Assembly: GCF_009914755.1 (NCBI RefSeq)
Contig: NC_060926.1
DNA: 64,000 nucleotides
Reading direction: 5' to 3' (one strand)
Origin: the human T2T-CHM13v2.0 reference genome, Homo sapiens
Within the stretch, counting starts at the first letter, position 1. Each line of letters starts with the position of its first letter. Shown here piece after piece: positions 23,949 through 39,354 of the stretch. Position numbers and translations under genes: made by a program. The notes beneath the pieces are model-generated. The model was not told the origin of the DNA and did no database searches. It worked only from the letters and a program-made list of their open reading frames with translations.

Positions 23949-25449
23949 TTCAAGTCAGACTTATAGCTGGTTTTACTCAGGACTTTTTACTCACTTTTGA
24001 TTCCTGGTTTCTGGCTTCCCTTTCTGACTTCCTCTAAGTACCTCCTATTTTGGTAGTAGAAATGGGATCTCTGGCCAGTTTTATTCCCTTGGTAGTTCCT
24101 GCTTTGGATCCACCACAGCACACAGAAGCTCCAGGATAAGGTCTGAAGGTCTGAGTCACTCTTTGCCTTAAACTATAAAAATGAATCTTTTTTTTGCCCC
24201 TCCCACATCTCTACCATTATTTGATTTTTTTTCCCCTCAGTTTTTTGTTTAGAGTCATACATATGTCTAATTCCTAAATCCTAAATTCCTAATGAACTGA
24301 TTTCCTATGGGACCAGAGTTTGTTTTATTTAACTCTTTAAGTTTTCTTCTCCCACCCTTCACACAGAGGTTTCCATCTTGCCTTTCTATTCTATCTGTTT
24401 AGGGAACAGCTGTCTATTTTCTAGAATGACAACCATTTTAGGTCACACCTTCATTAAGAAACTTTTGCCAGCTACTGGACTTAGTAGACATGCCAGCAAA
24501 CTAGAGAGATGAAGTTCCTAATTGAGGTTTATAGGCTAATGGTAGAAACAGGAAAAAAAAAAAAAAACGGTAAGTAAATTGTCTATGTAACATCCTTCTT
24601 AGTTTTATTAGTGTTTTAGCAGGGAACTTCTGGAGTCATTACAAATGAGTTACAATAAAGAATTGTACATTAAAGAATGATAGATAGATCTCTAGACTTT
24701 GCATCATGGTGGAGAGGACATTTAGAAAAGAATGTTTTTCTTGCTGTTCAGACCCAGCTCTGGAGGCTGCTACCTTCTGAGGTGTGTATAAGTGATTAGC
24801 AATTCCCTTCGAGGACTCCCCATCAGTGTGGGGCAGACATGGAAAGCCTGCTGCATCTGGCTTTCTAATTTCTGCAAGGCCATCCCTTCCTTGATATGCC
24901 AAGTGAGGGTGACTGAAATAGAATCCACTCTTGATGCTTGGGGGATCTCCCTCTTTCTGGCAGTTACAGGTGCTCAGTTTGATTACAATCATCAGTGAGG
25001 TGTGTTCATTACTGATTTCATTACCCATGCAGAGGACTGAAAAGGAGGAATCAGTCCCCAGCATTTGCTCCCCATCTTTCCCCAGTAGAAGCTACCACGG
25101 TTGTCAGAGCTTGAATTCCTCATGACTGGACTATAGAAGTGAAATATCAGGGTCAATGTCTGGTTCTCCTTTTTCATTTGCCTCATATATGAGTATGTCA
25201 TGAATGGATTTTAACTTGGTGAAAATTTCACAAGTGTTAAATATTACTCAGATGCTCAAAGATTTCCAAATGGCAAGTCTTGGTAAATCCAGATCCAGCC
25301 TATAAAACAATTTATTCTCCCTAGACATTCAATCCATCTGTCTTCCATTTATCCATAGTTCAGATTCTTGGCACTGTGCCTTTCCTTAGGAAGCTTACTA
25401 TCACAAGAGGAAAAGATCAGGGTAAGGAATTTGCTTATTGGATACCATT

Positions 25450-25640
25450 TTCATGCTAGACTCAGAGATAGACATGTTGTATGCATTTTCTTATTTTTAC
25501 CATAATCTTGGGTTAGGCATTATTTTCACTATTCTGCAGATGAGAACTGAGATTCAGTGAGTTTAGGAAAATTGCCCAGCCTCACACAGCTGAGCAGCTG
25601 AGATGTAATGTAAGTCTGTGTCTACTTCGAAAGCTCTTGG
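25450..25640 (-). mobile_element. MIR
   Basis: attctgcagatgagaactgagattcagtgagtttagg..ttgcccag..tcacacagct. Confidence 0.75.
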
Positions 25641-26159
25641 AAGGAAAGGAAGGCATGTGGGAGAGCATGAAGGTTGAGGAGGTAGGAAGACTGGAAATTG
25701 CATTTGCATTGTGATTTTACATAAGAAGGTAAAATGAGATAACATTGATTTATTTATCAAAGCATCCGTCTTTCCCCACCCTAAGTCTTAGTGTCATAAG
25801 CCTTCTAGGAGACTAAGATGAACCTTGGAGCTAGCACTATGGCTTTCCATGGCGACACATGGCCGGATAGGTAGCTCTGGATGCAAATAAGCAGGTTGGT
25901 ATGAGATTCTGGAAGAACTAAGATTTTGGAATTTATCTTCCTCGGTCATCTATGGTCCCATCTCTCATCTGTGGCCAGAGGAAACTTGGCCTTAACATTC
26001 TTTGACTCCCAAGTCTAATGTCACTACAAGACTTTATTGAGTACAAGGGAAACTCCTTTTGGGGGCATTGTGCCTGACACTGGGAGATGTGGTCTCTCCC
26101 TGACATAGTTTAAACTCTATCTACTGGGAGAGTACCTGCTTACAAATAGCAGAGAAGGG

Positions 26160-26491
<332 letters not shown>

Positions 26492-27845
26492 CAGAGAAGA
26501 CATAATGTCACATGAACTTGCAGTATACACACACACACACACACACACACACATTCATTCATATGCACACATTCAAATGCAAGGCATGATCACAACATTT
26601 TTATTTTACTCTGCTGTGTTGTATATATGATTAACAAATGCATCATCAGCAGTTTAGGAGTTATTGTCAACCTACTCCAATAGTTTCCTATAATCAGTGT
26701 TAAAAATCCAGTTTTCCATAGGGCCGATGACATAATTAGAAGCAACAATAGTTCATTCCCCTCAGCTTATTCTGAGTGAACAGAGAAGCTTCAAGCACCC
26801 ACCTTTAGCCCTACTCTTGCCTTTTTCATCAGGGCTTGGAAGACAGGGAGTAGCTACAGCCAGGTATCTGACTATGAGGGATGCGGGGTGAGACCACTTG
26901 GTGCCAGCTTTCCCCAAGAAGGCTATTCAGGGCTTTCTTTGTCTGCCCGACATCAGAAAGCACTGATCTGTCGTGGTATCGGGAAGAGAGTTCTGTGTAG
27001 GCTCTGGGGTCAGGGAGAGGCAGGGTTTTATCTTGGCTGTAGAGGATGCTTCAGGATGGGGAAGAGGGCAGAAGTGGGATTTAGGAGATTATTATGGGGT
27101 GCTCAGAGAAACTCTTCTTCTTGAGGGCTGGGGCATAATTACAAGGGAACGGAAAGGTTGGGATCATAGAAAGAGGAACTTGGGAGTGAATTTTCTTAAA
27201 ATATTAGGAAATCAGCATAGTGTAGACAGGTTTACAAGCAGAAGCTCTGAAATATTGCCTGTATCAGGATCCTGGTTTTTTGTTTTACTTTTGTAAACTT
27301 GCAAAAGTTTCTTAAGCTCTTTATGCCTTAGTAAGATCAGCAGTCACTTTTATCTCTTTGTCCATCGTCTCAGCTAACCTTATTTGATGTCTACAGGTGG
27401 ATATGACAATAACAGTCAAAGAATTTGGGAAGCTGGTATAGCTTTTTCTTTCTTTGTGCAGGGACTTTTTTTGAAATGTTGTTACAGGGTATGCCTAGCC
27501 TGTATTGTTTTAGTGTGTCAGAAAGTGTGGCTTTTCTCTTCTAATTAAGTGGTTTGATTATGAATCTCTTGGGTTTTTTTAGATATAGTGACTAATTCAC
27601 TGGGAATTAAGCAGAATTGCCATAATTGTGGATTTTGGTTCTATTTCAGGTGTACTTCCAGTAAATGGTTACAAAAATAAGTTCCCAAATTAGGTTAAAC
27701 AATGGAATTTTGAAGGAAATATGAAAATACAGATTCCTAGGCCACAATTGGAGAGATTGATTAATCAAATGATTTGTTGGTTTGAAACCCATTGAACTAT
27801 CCTCCTGTTTCAAGAATTTATCTATAATTTAAAAATGTTTATTAA

Positions 27846-28601
<756 letters not shown>

Positions 28602-31600
28602 TTATAGCCGAAGACTTTGTGTTGTCATAAGAATCCAGTGAAGTGTGAGATATATGCGCAATCTGAAAAGGTATAAGCTTGTAGGATGATAACCTAGGCA
28701 AAGGTCTTATTGTGTGTATTTTTTGTTTTTGTGTTTTCCTTCCCTACAGCTGGCCTGCAGAGATTACAATGCACTTCTTAAAATTCCATGCAGACCTAGC
28801 AAACTTTCATTTAGATGCCAGCATAGGAAGGAAGATCTCAGTGTATGACTGGATGTAATATGCATTCTCAAGTCTCCCCCTTCATAGACACAGTGTACGC
28901 TACAGAGAGCAAAGTGTAATTTTAAGAACCTTGTAATTCTTTACAAATTAACACAGCAGATGGTGTTTATGGGAGCCACAGAGTGAGGAATATTTGGGAC
29001 GATGTGAGACATGTGTTCCAGGGTTTCGGCCTGCTTTCTACATAGTTTAGTTTTTAACTGTCATGCTACAAAAATTCCATTTTGCCTCATAAAGTTTTCA
29101 TTGGTTCCAAGTGTGAGGGAATGCCCCAAGAGATAGTACTAGTATGACAGACTCCAAGCATGCTCAGTGAGGTCCCTGATTCACCTAAGCCTGAGGAGTG
29201 CCAGTGGCTTGCACCTTCGTGTTCAGGAGGTGGTAGTCTCCTGGGTGTTGGTGCTGGGGTTGGGGGCAGCCTGGCCTTCCCCCAGCTTGGAGATCAGTTT
29301 GAGAAGTCGAGGAAGAGCACAGAGCTTGATAAGCTTCACCCAAAGCAAGCAAAAGACAGCATAAGTGGGCTAACAATAAGGTTAGCACCTCTAGATTGGG
29401 GCTTGTTAGTGTGCAAATAGTTAAAATATTTCTTTGGTTGTTTTAACTGTTCATATAATTAAAAAGAAGACCTTATTTCTGTGCTAGTTCCCTCATAATG
29501 TTAAGAATTAAAGTGCTTGGGACCTGTGTGCTTGCTTTGAAGACAGTGCTGGCATTTTGGAGGGGGACATGAGAGGGAGAAAACAACGAGATAGAGATTG
29601 AAAGATGGTGCTGCCAGAGAGGACAGGAAGAGGTCATTCTCACAGGCTTTGGCAAAGACAAAGAGAGGTCAGAGTTGATTTGGGCAGGCAAAACAGCCCT
29701 GGCTCTGGCACTAGAGTGGAGATACCTTTGGGATCCCCTAGGATGCAAAGAGTCCTTGGTGCTCCCAAACCTTGTACTTCTTCTGCCCACTGGCACCCAC
29801 ATACTTTCCTCACTTTCCTTTGCTGCGGGGCTGGCAATGGGAAAGGTCCTAGGTGTTCTCAAACACATCCTGCCTCCTTGTTCCATTAAGGGTTCTCATC
29901 TCTTAGAAGCACCATTTTATCGAATCTATTCTCTTTCAGTTCCTACTGTTTTCAAGCTTATCTACTCCCACCACTCACTACTTTGATAAAAGCCATTTAC
30001 TCTTTGTACTTCTTCTTCCAAGGGTATATACATCTTAATCCTATGCATACAATCAAAAGCTTTGGCTCCTAGAAATTTCCATCTTTTTCCCGCATAGGGG
30101 AGGTATTTGAGCAGGGAAGAAAGGGAATGAGTGTATAAAGTGTAAAAAGGGAATGAGAGTAGGCAACAATATGACTCTACCGTTGGTGAAGTCGCAGCGA
30201 GCCACCAATTCCACCTCTGCACCTAGCCTTGTCTCCAAAGATCGGTATCATGTAATTAAGCCAAGTAGCTAGAATACTATTTCATTCATAGCCAATACAT
30301 ATTTATATGTACATATCTATACATATTTCTAATTTGCTTAGCACCGATTCTGTGTAAGGCACTGTGCCAGAAACTTCAGTTTCAAGGAAATGTAATGGTC
30401 TGACACTTTCCTATCCTTGGGCAGCTGTGCCTTTAATTGGATAAAAAAAAAAAAATGCTCATGACAAGTTTCTGAACACTACAGGATAGTAATGATGCAG
30501 CTTATATTATTTGTATACCGTCTGACATCGGAAATTCAATTAACAATGCAAGAGGTTTGCACAATATAGAATTATTTCCTTGGTGAGAATTGTTCATAAA
30601 GAACCAAATAAATGGTAGAGATGGCTATAGGCACACAGAAGAGGCTGGGTTTCTGTGAACTGGGAGGGCAGGGAAGGGGTGATGGAGGAATTACAACATG
30701 AGCTGGCTCTTGATAGAATGGTAAATGAGGCACAGGGAGGTCAAGACTGTGGATCCCCACATAGACATACTTTCCATAAATTAAGGTTACCCTCTGCCTG
30801 AATGTTTTCTGATTTCTGTGAATTCTCAGCAATGTGGACCCAGTTATTGACCTCTTTTTGAGATGGTAGAAAAATGCCAGACTCTAGGGATTCTTTAGGT
30901 GTTGAAAGCTTTAACAGTAGCTGAGTGGTTTGGGGAATATGCACTTAAAAATGAAATGGAACTTTTAATTTCATTGAAATTTAAATTATTTATTCAGTTT
31001 GGGTATGTGTGTGTGTATCTGTGTATAAAATCAATGGGAATTTGCACTTTTGCCTTAACTACTTTTATCTCAACTGTAAAGATGAAATGGCATTTTTTAG
31101 CAGTTTGCTCAGTTCATGGTCTCTTGCAGGCTTAGAAGGGGTATGTGGTTAATTAACCCCAGCTTTTAGCAATCACCCAAGCTCAGGGGGTTGGCACTAT
31201 GAAAAATGTCTTTTATGCAGGGTTGCCTGGCAAGTAATCACTGAGGACTACACCTGTGTTGATAAAATAAATCAAGGAACAAGAATTGTAACCTTACACA
31301 GGTGCCAACTACTTCCTATGGCTTTGATCAGCAAATTGTGAAGTGGGTGAAATTTATTTTTAGGACTCCATATTTTCCAAATCATCTATCCCTTTCATAC
31401 CTGCTGCCTATCCCCAGGTGCCTACTTGGACCATCCATCTTTCTATCAATAAACAAGCATTTCCTGACCATGTCTTAAGAGTTTCATCCTGAGTTCTTTG
31501 GGAGAAAACCAGGCACATTCTACTCACAAAAAGCTTGGGTTGTATTCTGCAGCCGCACAAAAACTTATTAGGTAACACTAGGTAGCATACTGTAAATATA

Positions 31601-31863
31601 TGCATGGTTTGGCACACTACCTACATGAAAGATGTGGTCAGAGGTGGGAGATTTTGAGCTTTTCTTTGAAGAATGGGTACAACCTGGCTAGGTGAATTGT
31701 GAGTTAGAAGGGGAATGGCCCCTTCCAGTCAGGCACCAATATGAGCCTATAAAGAAGGAGGACGTTTGTGAGTTGTTGAGAAAATACAAATAGATTAGAA
31801 CTGGACCATTATGAAGGGGAGACCAGATTCTGAAGCCCTAACATACAGGCCCAAGAAAAAAAA

Positions 31864-32519
31864 AAATTACCATTCAACCTAGCAATTTCATTACTTGGGT
31901 ATATACCCAAAGGCATATGAATCATTCTACCATAAAGACACACGTACTAATTTGTTTATTGCAGCACTCTTCACAATAGCAAAGACATGGTCTCAACCTA
32001 AATGACCATCAACGGTAGAATGGATAAAGAAAATGTGTCACATATACCATGAAACACTATGCAGCCACAAAAAAGAACAAGATCATGTTCTTTGCAGCAA
32101 CATGGATGGAGCTGGAGACCATTATCCTTAACAAACTAATACAGGAACAGACAACCAAATATCACATGTTCTCCCTTACAAATAGGAGCTAAATAACATG
32201 AACACATGGACACAAAGAGGGGAACAACAGACGTTGAGGTCTACTTGAGGGTGGAGGGTGGGAGGAAGGAGAGGATCCGAAAAAATATATATCAGGTACT
32301 ATGCTTAGTGTCTAGTGACAAAATAATTCTTCTGTAGGTGAACTTATGTCACAAAATATCTGCACTGTTTGGCACACTACCTGCATGACGGATTTGATGT
32401 GACACATAATGTGTGTGACACAAAATGTGTCACACAAAATCCTTGTGACATGAGTTTACCTATATAAGAAACCTGCATGTGTATCCCCGAACCTCAAAGT
32501 TAAAAGAAAAAAAAAAAAG
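31864..32519 (+). mobile_element. L1PA15/16-type 3' end with poly-A
   Basis: gtttattgcagcactcttcacaatagcaaagacatgg; catggatggagctggag; gagggtggagggtgggagg; A tail. Confidence 0.9.
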
Positions 32520-32964
32520 ATTCAAAAACAAAAAAAGGAAATAGGAGTTCAGTAAAATCTAAACAAGAATTCAGGAATACTGAGCTGAGGAAATTAAAGC
32601 TTGTTCTTAGCAGGCCTTAATGAGGATGATGAGGGAACGCAGTCAACAAAGGATGCTGTGGCATTCGAGATCTCCACTGTGGTGAGTGGGTGTCATGGAA
32701 AGAGAGATTTGAGGAACAGTATGAATCCTTATAGACTTTTTGATGGGTGGTTTCTCAAGGTTAGTAACTAACTGGATTTAGGGGAGAAATACGATATTAA
32801 GATTTAGAGCTGGGTCAGTAATTTGTGCTGGGGAAAACCCTGTGAATGAACCTAGATGCCCTGCCAAGACATGAACTCCTCAGACAGTGCTCCAGACCTT
32901 GCCTGAGGTCTGCCCTGATACCCACCACTCTGCTTTCCAGTTACTGCGGCTTAGTATTTTAAGA

Positions 32965-34080
32965 TCTCTGGTTTAATAAGACCCTTTTCTTTGTAAGTGA
33001 CAGAAATGCCACATGAATAAACATGGAGGCATTTATTAACTCATGGCACCAGGTAACCCATGGATAGAAACTTATGGCTTTAAGTGCAACTAGATTCAGG
33101 AGGCCAAGTGTGTCATTCATTGACTTAGAAAAATTTACTGAAAACCTGTTGCATTCCAGGTACAACTCCAGGTTCTATATAATGACAAGCAAAACAATTA
33201 TTTTATAGGTTAATGTGTTTTATATACTAAATGCTTGTGTCCCCTCAAAATTCAAATGTTGAAACCTCCAATGTGATGGTATTTGGAGGTGGAGGCCTTT
33301 GATAAGTGATTATGTCATGAAAGTGGAGGTCTCCTGAATGGGATTAGTGGAGGCCTTTGATAAGTGATTATGTCATGAGGGTGGAGATCTCCCGAATGGG
33401 ATAAGTGCCCTTATAAAAGAGACCCCAGAGGACTCCCTTGCCCCCTTGGCCATGTGAACACACAAAAAGAAGACAGCCTTCTTGGAATAAGAAGTGGACC
33501 CTCACCAGACACAGAGGTCTGCCAATGCTTTAATCTAGGACTTCCCAGCCTCCAGAAATGTGAGAAATAAATTTCCTGTTGTCATAAGCCACCCAGTCTA
33601 TGATATTTTTGTTATAGCAGCTCAAATGAATTATTAATAAAAGAACACATAATGGAAAATATGAACCATTTTGATTTGACTCCAAAAGCTGACTTCTCTT
33701 TTCTTCCCCTCCTTCTTCTTCCCTTAAATTTCTTTTTCTCCAATTCTTCATCCCTTTCTTGCCGCAGTTTCTCTCATCATCTCTCCCTCCTGTCTCTCTG
33801 TCTTTCTCCGTCTTCCTCTGCCTCTCCTTCTTTCAGCTATGCTCTTCTTTTTGTGGGGTCTATTTTTGGAGACTCCCCAAGTAGTTCAAGGTTTATCTAG
33901 TACCAGTTTATCAATCTCAGTGGGAAAATATGTCTCCTTCCTAATAATTCTACCTACAACCTGTGATTCTACTGCTGATTCTCACTGGTTTGGATGTTAT
34001 TATCAGTTTGTTCCCTGCCCACAGAGTCTTGGTTGGGAGTTACGAGGGCTGCTACTGAAATAACATGGATGGGTTGATGG
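32965..34080 (-). mobile_element. Old MLT1 (K/L-like) LTR pieces flanking MLT1A0
   Basis: tgtaagtgacagaaa; ctagattcaggaggcc; ctgattctcactgg. Confidence 0.4.
33218..33637 (+). mobile_element. MLT1A0 solo LTR
   Basis: gtgtcccctcaaaattc; gccct tataaaagagaccccagag; cagcctccagaa..gtgagaaataaattt. Confidence 0.88.
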
Positions 34081-35127
34081 GGGGATGAGAACAGGTGTTG
34101 ATCTCTCTGAGCCAGTCCTGCTTTGCGCATTGTCCAAGGCATATCCTGATATTGCTCTACTATCGGATAGGGCCTGGTAGTCTCACCAATATTACCATAT
34201 TCTTACATTATATATTGAGGATTATTTCCTTGAAAATGGATGCAGCCTGGCAGAGAAGAATCAGAGATACATCAGTGTTTCCCTTTTCACCTTTACCTCC
34301 TTCCCTTCCCCACCACCACCTCAGAGACCAAGAAAGCTAGGTTGTGATGTGGTCAGAGTATGTTGATTATAGATTTGCTTTGTGGCCACTGTTCAACTTT
34401 CATCCATTCTAAAGAGATACTGCCTGTTTCTTTTCCAAGAGAAATGTCCTTAGCTAGTGAAAAGGTATATTTAGAAAGGTCCACATGCTCCAACTAAGAT
34501 TTATACATAATATAAAGATATTATGAAATGTTCAAGGTTCTATAAATAATGGTGCTATTTGTACTAAGGATATGATTTCTATATCCAGGGTTTCAGGGTA
34601 GGTGGGCAACCCTCCAAAAATGATAGTGTGACTGTTGGATCAATAGATAATTTTTTCTTCTCCCTCCTGTTGTCTAAATTGTAGGTTTAAATGACAGCAA
34701 AATGTGTTGGAGATAGAGTGCATGGCATATTATTGCTTTCTGGCATTCTGATGATTTTGACTTCCATTTCTTTCAAATGACAACAATTTGAAAACTGGGC
34801 ATTTGATTAGCTCCTAAAACATCTAATATATTACAGTCACAGCTACATGATATTTTGAAGATTCCTTATACATTCAGTCATGTCTGCAGGTCCCTTCAAG
34901 GGAAAGAAAGGAAGTGATAAACATCTACCTTCTTACAACCATGTCCCACATATTAATATAGTACCCTGAAACATGGTTGATGTGCAGCCATGGATCCAAT
35001 GGAAGCACCAAGATGGTCGATTTATATTCCCAGGGCTTCCATGAGAGACCCCCCAGAACTGGATTATGTGTTTATGGTAGGATGAGGGGCTGGGATGGGA
35101 ACAGCCTTTAAAGAAATACTCATTTTC

Positions 35128-35418
<291 letters not shown>

Positions 35419-38189
35419 TTATTGCTTTTTGTTTTATAAGTTAGGGAGTCAGTATCAGTTGTGTATTATTCAGCATGTTTATATAAATCCATTACAAACA
35501 CCTTCAGAATTTCAGAAGGGGTGATGGGTATTTATATAGGGAGACAGTGGGGTGGGGATCCTTGTCCAAAGTGGGCCAAAGGAGGGGCCTTTATTTTGCA
35601 AAGGGGCAAAGAGCAGTGTTATTAAAAAGAAATTGTTGAAATAAAATATTGTTCTTTTTCTGAAGATTAATTGTAAAAAGAGAAATTTCTGTTAATGGCT
35701 TAATCCTTCTATTTAAGGACAAACGAAATATAAAGGTCTTCAAGGTAGTATCTGATCCTTTAGCAAACTGGACTTGAATTTAAAGCCAGAGGATGGGAGA
35801 ATAAAGGATCTCCTATTAAAAATCCAAGTCAGGAAATTTATTCCCTTTGCTCTCATGAATTCAAGCCATGGATCTTCCCCAAATGCGTTTTGTAAAATAG
35901 TTCTCAAAGACTAAAACAAATAAAGTTTAATAAACATGCATCTCCCTAGCACAACAGATGGCAACTAGGGAAGGTGCCCACAGCAATGTAGAGAGTAGTC
36001 CCGCCTGGCTTCGTTTTTTAATAACGATATTTATTAAATGGCTATGTCTATTGCACACTCATTCTCTGCAGGTAAAGATAAAGAAGAAAAGTGGGGAGCA
36101 GGCTCAAAAAAGGCATATAAGTTCTGCGGACAAAAAGCAGCAGAGGAAATACACCTCAAAGTGAGATTTTACTGGTAGCCTTTGAAGAGAAACACATGAA
36201 ACTATGAAATCACAGAATCCTGAAATTTTAGAGAAGGGAGATCGTTTAGATATGGAATGGAAAAAGCCCTGGCTGGGAGTCTGGAGGTGCTGGTCAGATA
36301 CTAATGAGCCAGGTGATCATAATCAGTCACTTCATCTCTCTAGACCTTGCTGTCCTTATCTTTGAGGGGAATGAGGAGGTGGGCAAAGAAAGACAGCTAA
36401 CGTTGACTGAGTTAACTCTGCTGGTTAGGTATTGGCTAAACACATTACAGGGCCTATGTCTTTTTATGCTCCCCAAAAGCAAGCACTTAGCCACGTTTTA
36501 GAGAAGAGAAAAACTTCAACTGCCTGTCAATTCCCAGCCCTTTCTGCAGTGTTATGATTGTTTCCCTGTAACAGGAAAGTATAGTTACAGGTGCTTGATG
36601 GTTTTTCTGCTTCTCATATTTCACGATTCCATAATTCATCCTTGGCCCTTTCATTCTACAGATGATAAGGTTGGAGTCTAGAGATGTGGCCAGGTCACTT
36701 AGGTGGTTATTGGCAGAGAGTGGTTACAACTAATTGGCTTTTGTTTCCTTCTGTTCAGCAAAAACAGGGAATAATTGGATGACTGACTTAACACCACACA
36801 TTTTGCTTTTATTATTAGGTGATGATGTCAAAATAAATACTTACATCTGCTTTCACTTCAGTTTGTTAAAGTATGCTTAATTTGTAGAGCCTGGAGGGTC
36901 AGGGATGGAGAGCTAGGTGAGGCTTCTGGTTGACTCCTAGGGAACTAGAATGTGCTTGTGATGATCAAATCCTTAGTTACTAGACAAAATATGTCCCAGG
37001 ACCTACTGTGTAAAAGACTGAACTGGAGATTCTGCCCCTCATTTCACCTCTTAGAAATATCTCAGACTAGTTGTGTATTTAAAATGAACTGCCCCAAATA
37101 TTGCCTTTTTAAAGGGAGAGAACTTTTTCTTTAGGGATACCAGTTTTTGGCAAGGTTTTCGTACATTATCTGCCTGGATGGAGAAAGCAGAAGGACAGGT
37201 GATCCAAAAATAGTTTCTATGTAGTTTCTAAATCAATTCTTTCATTTTTTTTCCACATCAAAAATACTTTCCTAATTACCCTGAATAGTCTAAATGTCTT
37301 TTATTGTTTCTAGCACATTGCCATTGTGATTGATCGTCCTGCTAACCTTGTGAAGAAGACAGAGCATATATTATGCTATCCATTGTGCTTATGACAAAAC
37401 TCAGACTTTTAAAAAAAAATGGGGTAAATGGTTAGTCAAGGATCATGGAGGCTAATAATAGGGAGCTGATACTAGGAGGCAAGTCTCCGCTCCTTCCTTC
37501 CTCCCTCCTCACTATCCCCCATTGCTCTCTCCCTTTCTCCTCTCCTCTTTCTCCCTCTCCGTCTGTGTCTCTGTCTCTCTATCTCTCCCTCTTTTCCTCT
37601 CTCTGTCTCACTCTCAGTAGCTGGCTTCCTGTCCAGTTTAAACTGATGAATTTAAAATTATGGCCACATTTAGACATACAGAGCTGAGGAAAGTAGGACA
37701 TAATGGCTTCCAAGTTCCCATTTGCTGTGCAAAGCTGAGCGTTGACAAGCTACTATTGTTATTCCTGCACAAATACCTTATTTTTTAAAATTGGAGCTAA
37801 GAAAGGGCCAGTAAATTGACTATCCCATCCAGTGGCCCAAATTTCCTAAACCCTAGTCCTTGTTTTAACATTCCCCAGCCTTCATGTACAGTCACAACAA
37901 ATATGGCTCCAGAGTCAACTTCATTTCTGAATTGTTTTCAGCCAAAGACTTTGAGGCTGGAGAAACCCAGGATCACAAATATTACACAAACAGAATCCGG
38001 ACAAGAGTAACATGGAATGATTAATGTTACCAGAGATTCTCTGGGCTTGCAGATCAAAATAAAGTTAGTAGTAATCACACTATAAAGAAGCTCTTATAGA
38101 AATAATTTGTCTCTGTAGCTAGTCAAACTGATCTCTTCACATCATGGAGAAAAAGCTGGCTCATTTCACTCACTGCCTTCCCAGAACCA

Positions 38190-38510
38190 CCTTGCCTTCT
38201 TGTCTACATGACTTTCTTTTTGCCAGTCAAAGTGCCTCTCTCTTTCCTATTCTAATCTTACCCAGGGCTTAAGGTCCAGCTAATTTTCTCTTTCCTCTGT
38301 GACTTGACTTCCCAAAGGCAACATCTTCTCCCTCTTCTGAGCAACTCAGTCATTGAGCGTGCTAATCTTTCTGCACAGTTTTTGGTATTGTTCTGGTCTT
38401 GTGTTCTGGTCTATTCCCCTGTATCAGGAGCTCTTTGATGGTGAGAATTGTGGCTATCACTTTTCATGTGTTCCCCACAGGGACCAATAGGACGCCTCAC
38501 ATCTAAGGGA
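38190..38510 (+). mobile_element. L2 3' fragment
   Basis: Pyrimidine-rich L2 3' motifs (ttaaggtccagctaa; gagctctttgatggtgagaattgtg). Confidence 0.5.
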
Positions 38511-38661
38511 TGTGTGTTTTACAGTTGCAGGATATTGATGCCAGAAGGGATACAGATCCCACATGTTGCCCTTCTGCTCACAGAATGGGGCAACCAAGCC
38601 TCCCAAACGTGTCTGTAGCAACTGCAGTTACAATCTTGAACATGACTCTTTCCCCTGGGGG

Positions 38662-38830
38662 TAGGATTGTCAGATTCAGCACATAAAAATACAGGATGCC
38701 CAGTTAATGTGAATTTTAGGTAAACAATAATTTTTAAAGAATAAATATATCCGCACTGTTTTTTAAGTTTAAAAGTTTAAAATGTCATCTGATGCTGCAT
38801 TTGCACAACTCACCTCATTCACCCTACCCT
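38662..38830. mobile_element. MER53 hAT element
   Basis: taggattgtcagattcagcacataaaaatacaggatgcccagttaa. Confidence 0.75.
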
Positions 38831-38845
38831 AATCCTAGCCCTATT

Positions 38846-39354
<509 letters not shown>

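Noticed and set aside
24639-25201. 141-aa ORF and overlapping ORFs
   Set aside because: No recognisable homology; consistent with chance.
29160-30238. Cluster of overlapping 60-137 aa ORFs on both strands
   Set aside because: Locally higher GC lowers stop frequency; no domain or exon structure recognised.
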